From Parcubacteria group bacterium (GTDB lineage Bacteria > Patescibacteriota > Minisyncoccia > Phycocordibacterales > Phycocordibacteraceae): DNA of 42,536 nt. Positions 25,833 through 34,940 of the stretch are shown here, one piece after another. Position numbers and translations under genes: made by a program. The stretch lies in NCBI GenBank assembly GCA_028286605.1, contig JAQBRE010000007.1:1-42536 (forward strand), in the 5' to 3' direction. The notes below the pieces were generated by a model that was not told where the DNA came from, ran no database searches, and worked only from the letters and a program-made list of their open reading frames with translations. Position 1 is the stretch's first letter. Each line of letters starts with the position of its first letter.

Positions 25833-26819
25833 ATGGAACGAAGCATCAGAGATACTAATGTGTGCGTCATCGGCGGAGCTGGATTTATCGGCTCGCATCT
25901 AGTCAATTATCTAGTCAATGAACGGAATTGCCGCGTGCTTGTTCTTGATAACCTGATCACCGGTCAGAAACGATTCGTACATCCGAAGGCAGAATTCGTG
26001 TGGTTCGATATTACCGGTTCTGAAGAACAGCTTCGCAAACTATTGGAATTTCATGAGATCGAGTACATCTTCAACTATGCTGCCGAGCCATATATTCCCG
26101 TTTCGTTCGAACGCCCGCTTCATGTTTTTAATATCAACGCCTTCGCTGCGCTGAAAGTGATGAATGCCGCCCATGAGAAGAAGGGGGGTGTGAAAGGTAT
26201 CCTTCAGGTCTCGTCCGCCGAAATATATGGCAATACTGATGGAAAGATAAGCGAAGAGGCAAAGGTTGAGCCGCACAGCACCTATGGTGCATCTAAGGCT
26301 GCGATCGATTCGATCGTGCAAGTCGGATGGAAGGAGCGCAAGACTCCTGCTATCGCAATGCGCCAATTCAACTGCGTAGGTGAGCGCGAGACACACCCCT
26401 ACATCATTCCCGAGATTATCGAGCAGATCGGACGTTATGAGGAACAAGGATCACAAGAGAAGCCATTCGTCGTGAAGCTTGGCAATAATTCATTCCGCGA
26501 CTTCCAGTATGCTGGGGATGCCGCACGCATGGCCGTTGAACTGCTAGAAAAGGGAAATTTTGGCGAAGTCTATAATATGGGTAGTGAGGAGGGCGTGCAG
26601 ATGTATGACTTGGCGCAGATGATCGGAAAGCTGATGGGAGTTGCTGTCGAGGTGAAGGAAGATCCTGAGCGTGTACGACCATGGGAAATATGGCATCTTC
26701 AGTCAGATAACACGAAGCTTTATAAGACTATCTCAGGAAGGCCGGAGGTTCCGCTAGAGGAAGCGCTCGCTCGCACCATACATTCTTATAAAGAGAACGG
26801 GAATAAGTGGGATTTCTAA
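25833..26819 (+). CDS. NDP-sugar 4,6-dehydratase/epimerase (extended SDR)
   Basis: VIGGAGFIGSHL, VSSAEIYG, STYGASK, RDFQY, RVRPWEI. Confidence 0.9.
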   Translation: MERSIRDTNVCVIGGAGFIGSHLVNYLVNERNCRVLVLDNLITGQKRFVHPKAEFVWFDITGSEEQLRKLLEFHEIEYIFNYAAEPYIPVSFERPLHVFNINAFAALKVMNAAHEKKGGVKGILQVSSAEIYGNTDGKISEEAKVEPHSTYGASKAAIDSIVQVGWKERKTPAIAMRQFNCVGERETHPYIIPEIIEQIGRYEEQGSQEKPFVVKLGNNSFRDFQYAGDAARMAVELLEKGNFGEVYNMGSEEGVQMYDLAQMIGKLMGVAVEVKEDPERVRPWEIWHLQSDNTKLYKTISGRPEVPLEEALARTIHSYKENGNKWDF

Positions 26820-27757
26820 TGGAGCCATATAAGGAGCTTGAAGAGAAATACGCCGCATTTGCCGGAAGCACGCATGCAGTTTCCTGTTCTTCGGGTACGG
26901 CAGCCCTGCATTTGTCGTTGCTCGCATTCGGCGTCGGCGCAGGCGATGAAGTGATCGTGCCCGATTTCTGTATGGCAGCGTGTGCATTCGCCGTAAGCTA
27001 TTGCAACGCGACGCCAGTATTCGTTGATGTGCTTCCCGATACGTACGCACTTGATCCTGCGCTCCTTGAGGTCGCCATCACACCACGCACAAAAGCGATT
27101 ATTGTCGTTCATACCTATGGGCGTCTTGCGGACATGGATGCAATCATAGCTATTGCAAAGCGCCACAGCATTCCTGTCATAGAAGATGCCTGCGAAGCGC
27201 AGGGTGCCGTGCACGCATCAAAGGCGGACGTAACGGTGTATTCCTTTTTCCGTAACAAGATCATTCCTGCCGAAGAGGGTGGTCTTATCACGACGGAATC
27301 GGAGCACATCGTCGAGCGCGCGAACTTCCTGAAGAGTATGGCCTTCAATACTGAACATGACTATTTTCATACTGAGATAGGCTACAACTACCGAATGCCT
27401 GATGCGGAAGCGGTTCTTGCGCTTGCAAGCCTGCGGGCCTACGAAGCAAATGTAGCGAAGCGAACGGCAATTGAAGCCTGGTATGACCAATATCTTACAC
27501 AGCCAATGCCAAAGCGTGATGCGGTCTGGTTCTATGAAGTGAACGTTCCGAGCAATGCAAAGGAAGCCATACTTGCAGCAATACCGCGGGCACGACACAG
27601 TTTCAAGCCGCTCTCATCACTGCCGATGTATGGAAGTGGTGCAGGAAAGCCAGTTTCTCGAGCGCTCTCAGAATCTTTGCTCCTCCTGCCCGCATGGACA
27701 GATCTTATCGAATCAGACGTACGAGATATCGCGGAACGAGTGAATGGATTGATATGA
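26819..27757 (+). CDS. DegT/DnrJ/EryC1/StrS aminotransferase (perosamine-synthase-like)
   Basis: SSGTAALHL, GDEVIVP, VIEDACEAQG, YSFFRNK (PLP lysine), EGG, IGYNYRM. TAATG coupling. Confidence 0.92.
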   Translation: MEPYKELEEKYAAFAGSTHAVSCSSGTAALHLSLLAFGVGAGDEVIVPDFCMAACAFAVSYCNATPVFVDVLPDTYALDPALLEVAITPRTKAIIVVHTYGRLADMDAIIAIAKRHSIPVIEDACEAQGAVHASKADVTVYSFFRNKIIPAEEGGLITTESEHIVERANFLKSMAFNTEHDYFHTEIGYNYRMPDAEAVLALASLRAYEANVAKRTAIEAWYDQYLTQPMPKRDAVWFYEVNVPSNAKEAILAAIPRARHSFKPLSSLPMYGSGAGKPVSRALSESLLLLPAWTDLIESDVRDIAERVNGLI

Positions 27758-28908
27758 AGATAGCACTCTGCATCTCTGCATTTCATGCGGGTGGTGGTGA
27801 GCGTGTAATGATTACGGTAGCGAATGAGCTCGCAGCTCGCGGGCACAGCATTGACCTTCTTGTACTAAAATCCGTGGGCCCATACGCATCGCATGTTACT
27901 TCAAGCGTGCGCGTGATACCGCTTGATGCGAGCCGGATGCTATTCTCGCTCCCCAAACTGGTCTCCTATTTGAAGGATCAAAAGCCTAACTCACTTATGG
28001 CACTTGATGAGTATAGTCATCTTCTATCGCTTGCAGCCCGTTATATAAGCAAAAGCGATACGCGTATTGTATTGCGGGTAGGGAATATGTTTACGGAAGT
28101 TTTCAAAAGATATGAAGGCATCAAAGGCAGGACGCTCGAATTCCTGATACGTCGCTGGTATCGCTATGCGGATGGAATCATAGCTGTTTCTCAGGGCGTG
28201 AAAGATGACATCGTCGCCCTTACGCATATCGCTTCGGAACACGTCACCGTTATCTACCACCCCAAAGATATCGTGAGAATACAAGCGCTGGCTGAGGAGC
28301 CTGTAGATTTTGCATGGATCGCGAATAAGACAGTCCCCGTCTTTATCGCTTCAGGACGCTTGAATGCGCAGAAAAATTTTCCACTATTACTTCGCGCGTT
28401 CGCGCGGGTACAGAATGATATGCCGTCTCGGCTCATCATCCTTGGCGCTGGTAGGGAAGAGGAAGCGCTTAGGAATATCGTCCGCGAATTGCGCATCGAG
28501 AACGAGGTATCTTTTTCGGGTTATATCGATAATCCGTATGCCTGGCTTGCGAAAGGAACGGTGTTCGTCAGCACCTCGCTCTGGGAAGGAATGCCGAATG
28601 CGCTTATCGAAGCAATGATATGCGGTCTTCCGGTCATCTCTTCGGACTGCGCATCGGGGCCGCGCGAAGTGCTTGCACCAGATACCGATTATCGCGCGCG
28701 ACGTACTGCAGGGTGGGAAGAAGCCGAGTACGGCATACTTACGGCTGTAAATGATGAACAGGCGCTGGTTGAGGCAATGCAGAAACTCGGTTCCGACGAA
28801 ATACTGCGTGCGACGTATGCAAAGAAGGGTATCGAGCGCGGTCGTGACTTTTCAATGGAAACGATATTACCGGCATACGAAAAAGCCCTCGGCGCTTCAC
28901 TCACATGA
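27754..28908 (+). CDS. Glycosyltransferase family 4
   Basis: GGGERVM, GRLNAQKNF, SLWEGMPNALIEAMICG, DCASGPREVL. ATGA start at 27754. Confidence 0.92.
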   Translation: MKIALCISAFHAGGGERVMITVANELAARGHSIDLLVLKSVGPYASHVTSSVRVIPLDASRMLFSLPKLVSYLKDQKPNSLMALDEYSHLLSLAARYISKSDTRIVLRVGNMFTEVFKRYEGIKGRTLEFLIRRWYRYADGIIAVSQGVKDDIVALTHIASEHVTVIYHPKDIVRIQALAEEPVDFAWIANKTVPVFIASGRLNAQKNFPLLLRAFARVQNDMPSRLIILGAGREEEALRNIVRELRIENEVSFSGYIDNPYAWLAKGTVFVSTSLWEGMPNALIEAMICGLPVISSDCASGPREVLAPDTDYRARRTAGWEEAEYGILTAVNDEQALVEAMQKLGSDEILRATYAKKGIERGRDFSMETILPAYEKALGASLT

Positions 28909-29963
28909 AACCGCAACGTACCACCAAGCAGGTAATATTCCTGGCACTCGGACCAATCGGTGAGGCACTCATGATGCTGGCAGTACTAGCCGAAGTAGCT
29001 GCGAAAAATCCGGATATGCAGATACGCGTACTGGCGCGGCGCAACGCCGCGCTTATTCGCGCACTTGCTACGCACTATCCGGCGTTCTATATAGATGACA
29101 TATCAACGACAGGCAGCGCACTTCGTACTACCACGCGCATGCAGAAGAATACGACGATCGTCATACAGCCCACATTCGGTACTCATACGATCTTGATAAA
29201 AGGCCTTGCAGCACTTTGGTCTCTTGTCCCTGGTGTCCAGATATTAGGGTTCCGTGACCATGGATGGTTTATGCCTTATGACGTAACGCGTCTTTGTGAT
29301 TTCAATTCCCGCTATATAGACAATATTCGTATGCTCCTGACGGATGGTGGGATCGATACAAATCCGCTCGGTACCGCACCTCTGCTCTCTCTTTCCTCGC
29401 GACCTCCGGTTGAATTCGCCTTACCTACTGAACCATTCATCATCATTCATGCATTCGCATCGAATGATATGCGTTCTTTGCCGCCGCACCGTTGGAAAGA
29501 GCTCGTTAATGTGCTGAATATTCGTTACCCCAAAGCACGTATCGTCATTACTGGTTCTGAAGCGGATAGAGCGAAAGCACAGCATTGGTTCGGTTCGAAA
29601 GGAACGGTACTCATCGCATGCGGTCTCGCTATGCCAGAGATTACGTATCTAATAGAGCATGCCGTACTCTATATCGGCGTCGATACGGGCATAACGCATC
29701 TAGCAGGCGTATTACGCAAGCAGAGCGTCGTGATCGGAAACAATTCGAACCCGCTCTGGTTGCCAACATACAATCCGAACGCGCAAGTGCTCTTGGCAAC
29801 AGAGCACTGCACTTGCGACGGAAAGAAAGGAGGTGAATGCTATGTCGAAGAAGAAGGGCAACGGTATTACCGTTGCTTGTACGAGATCGCTGATGCCACG
29901 ATATATGATGCAATCGATTCAGTGATGAAACGTGTTACGCCTGAACTCGCTGCACGAAGATAA
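28905..29963 (+). CDS. Glycosyltransferase family 9 (heptosyltransferase-like)
   Basis: ALGPIGEALM, IIIHAFAS...RW, YIGVDTGITHLA. C-terminal Cys cluster (CTC..EC..RCL). Confidence 0.85.
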   Translation: MKPQRTTKQVIFLALGPIGEALMMLAVLAEVAAKNPDMQIRVLARRNAALIRALATHYPAFYIDDISTTGSALRTTTRMQKNTTIVIQPTFGTHTILIKGLAALWSLVPGVQILGFRDHGWFMPYDVTRLCDFNSRYIDNIRMLLTDGGIDTNPLGTAPLLSLSSRPPVEFALPTEPFIIIHAFASNDMRSLPPHRWKELVNVLNIRYPKARIVITGSEADRAKAQHWFGSKGTVLIACGLAMPEITYLIEHAVLYIGVDTGITHLAGVLRKQSVVIGNNSNPLWLPTYNPNAQVLLATEHCTCDGKKGGECYVEEEGQRYYRCLYEIADATIYDAIDSVMKRVTPELAARR

Positions 29964-31188
29964 CTCCCAGCGCAATAAATATTAGATTGCCGAGGATCTT
30001 CGCGATTATTAAACCCCAAAGACCAAAGAAAATTATTCCAAATACTTGCAGTATGAGCTGAACTGCCGGTACTAATATATTAAATGCATAGAGCGCGCGA
30101 ATATTCCCCATCGCATTAAGTGCATATGAAAGCACGCTTCCGAGCGGCGCAAGGACGATAAATGCATATAGCTGCGTATACGGGACTGCAGAGAGGTACG
30201 CGGGAAAGAAGATACTAAAGAATAGATGCGCAATGAGCGTATACATAAGGGCAATGATTGCCATGCCACCAGCAGCGATCCACAAGCGTCGCGCCAAAGA
30301 AAAGCGAATTTCGTCCGGCGTCTTCTCAGAGAATTTAGGAAAAGCAGCGACCGGAATGAACTTAAAGATACCCGCCAGGCGATCAGGCACGGCCGTCGCG
30401 AAGCTGTAGGTGGCGAGCGAGGCAGCGCCCAGGAAATGGAAGGCAAGGATGCTATCTATCTGTGATGCAATGCTGCTGAATATGCTCATTACGCTGAGAT
30501 GATTTCCATAGGTGATTGTCCCGGGATCCGCCGATCCGCTTGGAGGATAAAGTGCAAGGGTTTTCCGATAGGCGATGTAGAGGCCGAGTGTCTGAGTTGC
30601 CAAGTTCACTGCGAGCAGTACAACCGCTATCTTGAAGAAGAATGCTGCAAGCGCAACGCCGATATAATAGGGAATGTTCCACCATAGGCTATATGTGAAC
30701 GTGCGCTTAAAATCCTTATGACCCTGAAGTATGGCCCCGTATGAATTCAGTGTGCTGTTTATAGGTACGAGCACGGCGATGAACAGTAAGCCGATACCCA
30801 GTGTCGAATTATGCATCGCAAGATAGTAGAGGCCGAGGAGTGTCGCGCCAGCGAAGGGAATCAGATTCCATATCATCTGCCGGCGCATTGCCTGGTGTAT
30901 GATGCCGCTTTGACCCATGGCAACGGCTCGTGTAATTGCCGTGTTCATTCCTGTAAGGGTGAATGCTCCCACTATCGCAGCGACAGAAAGAAGATACTGG
31001 TAGTTTCCATATGTTTCCTTCGTCAGGACATGACTGAAAATTACGTAAAGTAAGAATGAGCAGCCTGCGACGAAGATACTGCCCGCATTCGACCAGAACC
31101 CAGTCTTGAATACGTAGGCCATATCCGTCTTCGTATATCGTTCAGTGAGGCGCAGGAGCGCCAAAAACCTCGTTTTAATGCTGTTCAT
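29935..31188 (-). CDS. wzx: Wzx-type oligosaccharide flippase
   Basis: About 12 hydrophobic segments, LTKETYGNYQY, QIDSIL..FLGAASLATYSFA, FPKFS. Start reassigned to MNSIK at 31188. Confidence 0.88.
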   Translation of the reverse strand: MNSIKTRFLALLRLTERYTKTDMAYVFKTGFWSNAGSIFVAGCSFLLYVIFSHVLTKETYGNYQYLLSVAAIVGAFTLTGMNTAITRAVAMGQSGIIHQAMRRQMIWNLIPFAGATLLGLYYLAMHNSTLGIGLLFIAVLVPINSTLNSYGAILQGHKDFKRTFTYSLWWNIPYYIGVALAAFFFKIAVVLLAVNLATQTLGLYIAYRKTLALYPPSGSADPGTITYGNHLSVMSIFSSIASQIDSILAFHFLGAASLATYSFATAVPDRLAGIFKFIPVAAFPKFSEKTPDEIRFSLARRLWIAAGGMAIIALMYTLIAHLFFSIFFPAYLSAVPYTQLYAFIVLAPLGSVLSYALNAMGNIRALYAFNILVPAVQLILQVFGIIFFGLWGLIIAKILGNLIFIALGVIFVQRVQA

Positions 31189-31222
31189 AGAGAGGGTAGT
31201 ACTGGTATATACTATCAGTACT

Positions 31223-33367
31223 ATGAAAAAAGTTGCCTGGTGGATCACCGTCGTCGCCCTCTTTATTATCCCGTTCCTCGTTCTATATGTAGATAACAGC
31301 ATATTTTTCCCATTCATCGCCGGAAAGGCTTTTGCATTCCGCATACTGGTGGAAATCGCCACAGCAAGCTGGGTGCTGCTCGCATTCGCTGATAAGAGAT
31401 ATCGCCCGCAATTCTCGTGGATCCTCGTGTTCTATGCGCTCTTCACGGCATGGATGTTCATCGCCGATTGTCTTGCAGTAAATCCGCACAAGGCGCTTTG
31501 GAGCAACTTCGAGCGTATGGATGGCTGGGTAACGCTCGTCCATCTATTCCTATTCTTCGTCGTGGCAGGTAGCGTGTTCGGCGTCGACAAGCTCTGGCGC
31601 AAATGGTGGCTCACGTTCAACGGCGCGAGCGCGCTCGTTTGCGGATACGCTCTCTTGCAAATGGCGCACGTGCTCGCGATTCATCAGGGCTCATCACGTT
31701 TGGACGCGACGCTCGGCAACTCAGAGTACCTCGCCGGCTACATGCTCTTCTGCATCGCGACCACGCTATGGCTCGCCTTTGATTTCAAAGAGAAGAAAGA
31801 GCGATGGTTGCGCTACGTGCTGTTCGTGCTCGCTATCGTGCAGGTTATCGTACTCATCGGTACTGGCACGCGCGGTACGCTGATCGGTTTCATTGTTGCT
31901 GCAGGCTTCGGCACATTGCTTTGGCTCTTCGAGGCAGGAAAGCGCGGCCGCCAGGGTGCCGCTGCGGCGCTCGTCGCGCTCATCATAGTTGTCGGCGGAT
32001 TCCTCGCGGTGCAGCATCAGCCGTTCATAACGAATAATCCGATACTTTCACGTTTCTCCTCTATCGGCGTCAGTGACCTCACCGTTCGCTTCACGATATG
32101 GCACATGGCGTGGGAAGGCATTCAGGAAAAGCCAATAGCAGGCTGGGGCCAGGAAGGCTTCAACTATGTCTTCAATAAGTTCTATGACCCATCATTATAT
32201 GGACAGGAGCCGTGGTTCGACCGCGTGCACAACGTGTATCTCGACTGGACGATAGCAGGCGGTTTCCCTGCATTGCTGTTATTCCTCGCGCTTTTCGGTA
32301 GCGCTATATACGGTTTGTATCGCGGTAGCGCAAGCCGTGCAGAACGTATTCTCGTTCTCTCTGCATTCGTGGCGTATGCGGTACAGGGTCTCGTCGTCTT
32401 CGACAACCTATTCACCTACATACCGCTTGTCGCACTCTTTGCCTTCGCGCATGCGGCACGCTCGAAACCGATTCCTACTCTTGAGAACGCATCGGAAGTT
32501 TCGGTATCGACACTCGGAACAGTCGTCGTGCCGGTTGCGGTCATCGTTCTCGCCGTTACGCTCTGGTTCGTGAATGTGCCGGGCATATTGGGCGGAAAAG
32601 ATCTCATCAAGGCGCTTTCTTCAGGTAGTAACGTAGATTCTGAGTTCGCATACTTCAAGCAGACGATTGGAACGGGCACGTTCGCTACGCAGGAAGTTCG
32701 CGAGCAGTTGCTGCAGTTCGCATCAAATGCGGTAGGGTCGCAGACGGTACCGGATGCAACGAAGGAAGCTATCGCGAGCTACGCAGCTGATCAGATGAAT
32801 CAGGAGCTTGTTCGCGCGCCGATGGATGCACGTTTGCACACGACGTTCGCGATGTTCTATCGCAGCGTCGGCGATTATAAGGACGCGCTTACGCAGAGCG
32901 CGCTCGCCGTTGCCAATGCGCCGACTAAGCAATCGATCATTATCGAACAAGGATTGGAAGAATGGCAGAACGGAGACCTGACGGATGCACGCACGATACT
33001 TGTGCACGCATACCAGCTCGATACGCAGTATGACGCTGCCGCTGCGTACGCAGCAGCAGGCGACATCATCAATGGCGATATCGCAGGAGGAAAGGCTATT
33101 CTGCAGACGCACTTCGGGGCTACCGTCGTTGATCAGTCTATTCTCGTTCCTGCGTACTATCAGGTGAAGGATTGGAATGACTTGATCGCGGTACTCGTGC
33201 TTCAGGCAAAGGATAAGGGCGACGCAGCGAGCGCGTTCCAGCTTGCTGCCGCTTATTCTGAATCCGGACAGAAGGCGCAGGCCGTAGCGGTGATTCGTGC
33301 AGCTATCGCTGCGCACCCCGATGCAGCCGTGCAGGGCAACGCCTTCATCGCGCAGCTCGGCGGATAG
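31223..33367 (+). CDS. O-antigen ligase/O-oligosaccharyltransferase-like protein (Wzy_C) with C-terminal TPR-like helices
   Basis: Multi-TM. ATLGNSEYLAGY, TGTRG, RFTIW..AW.GI.EKPIAGWGQEGF, FDRVHNVYLD, then a helical C-domain. Start at MKKVAWW. Confidence 0.88.
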   Translation: MKKVAWWITVVALFIIPFLVLYVDNSIFFPFIAGKAFAFRILVEIATASWVLLAFADKRYRPQFSWILVFYALFTAWMFIADCLAVNPHKALWSNFERMDGWVTLVHLFLFFVVAGSVFGVDKLWRKWWLTFNGASALVCGYALLQMAHVLAIHQGSSRLDATLGNSEYLAGYMLFCIATTLWLAFDFKEKKERWLRYVLFVLAIVQVIVLIGTGTRGTLIGFIVAAGFGTLLWLFEAGKRGRQGAAAALVALIIVVGGFLAVQHQPFITNNPILSRFSSIGVSDLTVRFTIWHMAWEGIQEKPIAGWGQEGFNYVFNKFYDPSLYGQEPWFDRVHNVYLDWTIAGGFPALLLFLALFGSAIYGLYRGSASRAERILVLSAFVAYAVQGLVVFDNLFTYIPLVALFAFAHAARSKPIPTLENASEVSVSTLGTVVVPVAVIVLAVTLWFVNVPGILGGKDLIKALSSGSNVDSEFAYFKQTIGTGTFATQEVREQLLQFASNAVGSQTVPDATKEAIASYAADQMNQELVRAPMDARLHTTFAMFYRSVGDYKDALTQSALAVANAPTKQSIIIEQGLEEWQNGDLTDARTILVHAYQLDTQYDAAAAYAAAGDIINGDIAGGKAILQTHFGATVVDQSILVPAYYQVKDWNDLIAVLVLQAKDKGDAASAFQLAAAYSESGQKAQAVAVIRAAIAAHPDAAVQGNAFIAQLGG

Positions 33368-33377
33368 CGATTCCGCT

Positions 33378-34385
33378 ATGCCGCGCGAGAACGTTCCGCT
33401 TGCATCACTTACGACGCTGCGCGTCGGCGGACCGGCACGATTCGTGCATACGGGAGATTCGATGGAATCCATAAAGGCCGCAGCTGCGCATTCGCGCAGC
33501 TGCGGCCTTTCGCTGTATCCGCTTGGGCAGGGAAGCAATGTACTAGCGGGGGACGCACCGATAGACGTGGTGATTCTGAAGATGGAGACGAATGAGCTTA
33601 CATTTAAACCAGACAGCGATTTCGTAGAAGTAATCGCCGACGCTGGCGTCTCGTGGGAACGGCTCGTGCAAGAGTGTACGGAGCAAGGCTTGTGGGGCGT
33701 AGAGAATCTTGCCGGCATACCCGGCACTGCCGGTGCAGCACCGGTGCAGAACATCGGCGCCTACGGCGCCGAACTCGCCGACACCTTCGCGTGGCTCGAG
33801 TGCTACGACACTGCTACCGATATGCTCATGCGCCTAGATGCCGAAGGCTGCGCCTTCGGCTATCGTGAAAGCCGTTTCAAGCATGAACCGAATCTCATCA
33901 TCACGCGCATCGCTTTGCGTCTCGCGCGTACGAGCACGCCGAAGACATCGTATGCCGATTTACAGAAACTCATGGATGCAGGCGAGCTACTAAATACTCC
34001 GCAAAAAATCGCAGATGCTGTACGCCGCGTACGCCGCGTGAAATTCCCTGACCTTACGCAAGAGGGAACCGCTGGATCGTTCTTCAAGAATCCGACTATC
34101 ACTGCGAATGCATACGAAGAACTGCAGGCGAAGTATCCGGCACTTCAAGGATTCGCTGCGCCAAGCGGAATAAAAATTCCGCTCGCATGGATTCTTGATC
34201 ACGTACTCGGCTTGCGCGGCTACCGTGAAGGACGTGCGCATCTCTTTCAAAATCAACCGCTCGTACTCGTTACAGAAAATAATGCAACAGCACAGGATGT
34301 CGAAATGCTTGCGAATAACGTCAGTGAAAAAGTTTTTGCCGCGACGAATATTTTAATTGAACGCGAAGTACGTTCACTGAAGTAA
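33378..34385 (+). CDS. murB: UDP-N-acetylenolpyruvoylglucosamine reductase
   Basis: TTLRVGGPAR, LGQGSNVL, ENLAGIPGTAGAAPVQNIGAYG, FGYRESRFK, AGSFFKNP, EREV. Confidence 0.96.
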   Translation: MPRENVPLASLTTLRVGGPARFVHTGDSMESIKAAAAHSRSCGLSLYPLGQGSNVLAGDAPIDVVILKMETNELTFKPDSDFVEVIADAGVSWERLVQECTEQGLWGVENLAGIPGTAGAAPVQNIGAYGAELADTFAWLECYDTATDMLMRLDAEGCAFGYRESRFKHEPNLIITRIALRLARTSTPKTSYADLQKLMDAGELLNTPQKIADAVRRVRRVKFPDLTQEGTAGSFFKNPTITANAYEELQAKYPALQGFAAPSGIKIPLAWILDHVLGLRGYREGRAHLFQNQPLVLVTENNATAQDVEMLANNVSEKVFAATNILIEREVRSLK

Positions 34386-34401
34386 AAAGTTTTTTGAAAA
34401 G

Positions 34402-34410
34402 TTATCCACA
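34402..34410 (+). promoter_or_regulatory. Consensus DnaA box in an AT-rich intergenic region
   Basis: TTATCCACA exact match. Confidence 0.55.
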
Positions 34411-34563
34411 CATTATTTTTTTTTCACACAAAATTTAAAATTGCGCGCAATAATATACGTACAACACATACGCGCACAAAAATAATTTTATATTTCGATT
34501 GAAATTACTTTTGTGCGCATATGGGTCGACATTAGTCGTAGTTATTTTCATTCAACCAAACAT

Positions 34564-34704
34564 ATGGCTGCAAAGAAGAAGGCTGCTAAGAAGTCCGTAA
34601 AGAAGACTGCAAAGCGCCGCCCAGCAAAGAAGTCGGTCAAGAAGGCCGCAAAGAAGACAACGAAGAAGACTGCAAAGCGCAAGACTGCAAAGCGCAAGAA
34701 GTAG
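34564..34704 (+). CDS. Histone H1-like Lys/Ala-rich small basic protein (46 aa)
   Basis: MAAKKKAAKKSVKKTAKRRPAKKSVKKAAKKTTKKTAKRKTAKRKK, followed directly by a strong terminator. Confidence 0.85.
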   Translation: MAAKKKAAKKSVKKTAKRRPAKKSVKKAAKKTTKKTAKRKTAKRKK

Positions 34705-34712
34705 TTCTACTG

Positions 34713-34746
34713 GAAAAACACCCGCTCTCACGAGCGGGTGTTTTTC
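34713..34746. terminator. Intrinsic terminator
   Basis: GAAAAACACCCGCTC-TCAC-GAGCGGGTGTTTTTC. Confidence 0.9.
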
Positions 34747-34765
34747 TTTATATAGATTGCTATTT

Positions 34766-34880
34766 GATACACGTACAGAATAGTGCTGAAGAAGGGCTCA
34801 CGGAGCGCGACGGCGCGAGTGGGAGCAAATTTTCAGCAGAAAATTATGCGTACCTTCTGAAGTACTGTTCTGGAAGTGTC
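34766..34880 (+). repeat. Structured intergenic element, copy 1 (candidate ncRNA or REP-like)
   Basis: Core AGCGCGACGGCGCGAGT...AATTTTC-AGCA-GAAAATT is shared with 41218-41327. It is closed by an imperfect long stem with G-U pairs. Confidence 0.75.
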
Positions 34881-34940
34881 TCGCCGTAACGTACCTATTA
34901 TAGGTGCAAAATACCCCTCAAAACGCTATAGTAGGCTGAT

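Noticed and set aside
32723-33754. 343-aa minus-strand ORF
   Set aside because: Antisense to the ligase-like gene and murB; shadow ORF.
34386-34563. Replication origin
   Set aside because: Only one perfect DnaA box is present and there is no dnaA or dnaN nearby. A promoter and leader explain the AT-richness.
34766-34880. CRISPR repeat, tRNA or simple terminator interpretation of the repeated element
   Set aside because: There is no repeat-spacer array or cas gene, no cloverleaf or T-loop, and no U-tract. A separate terminator already precedes copy 1.
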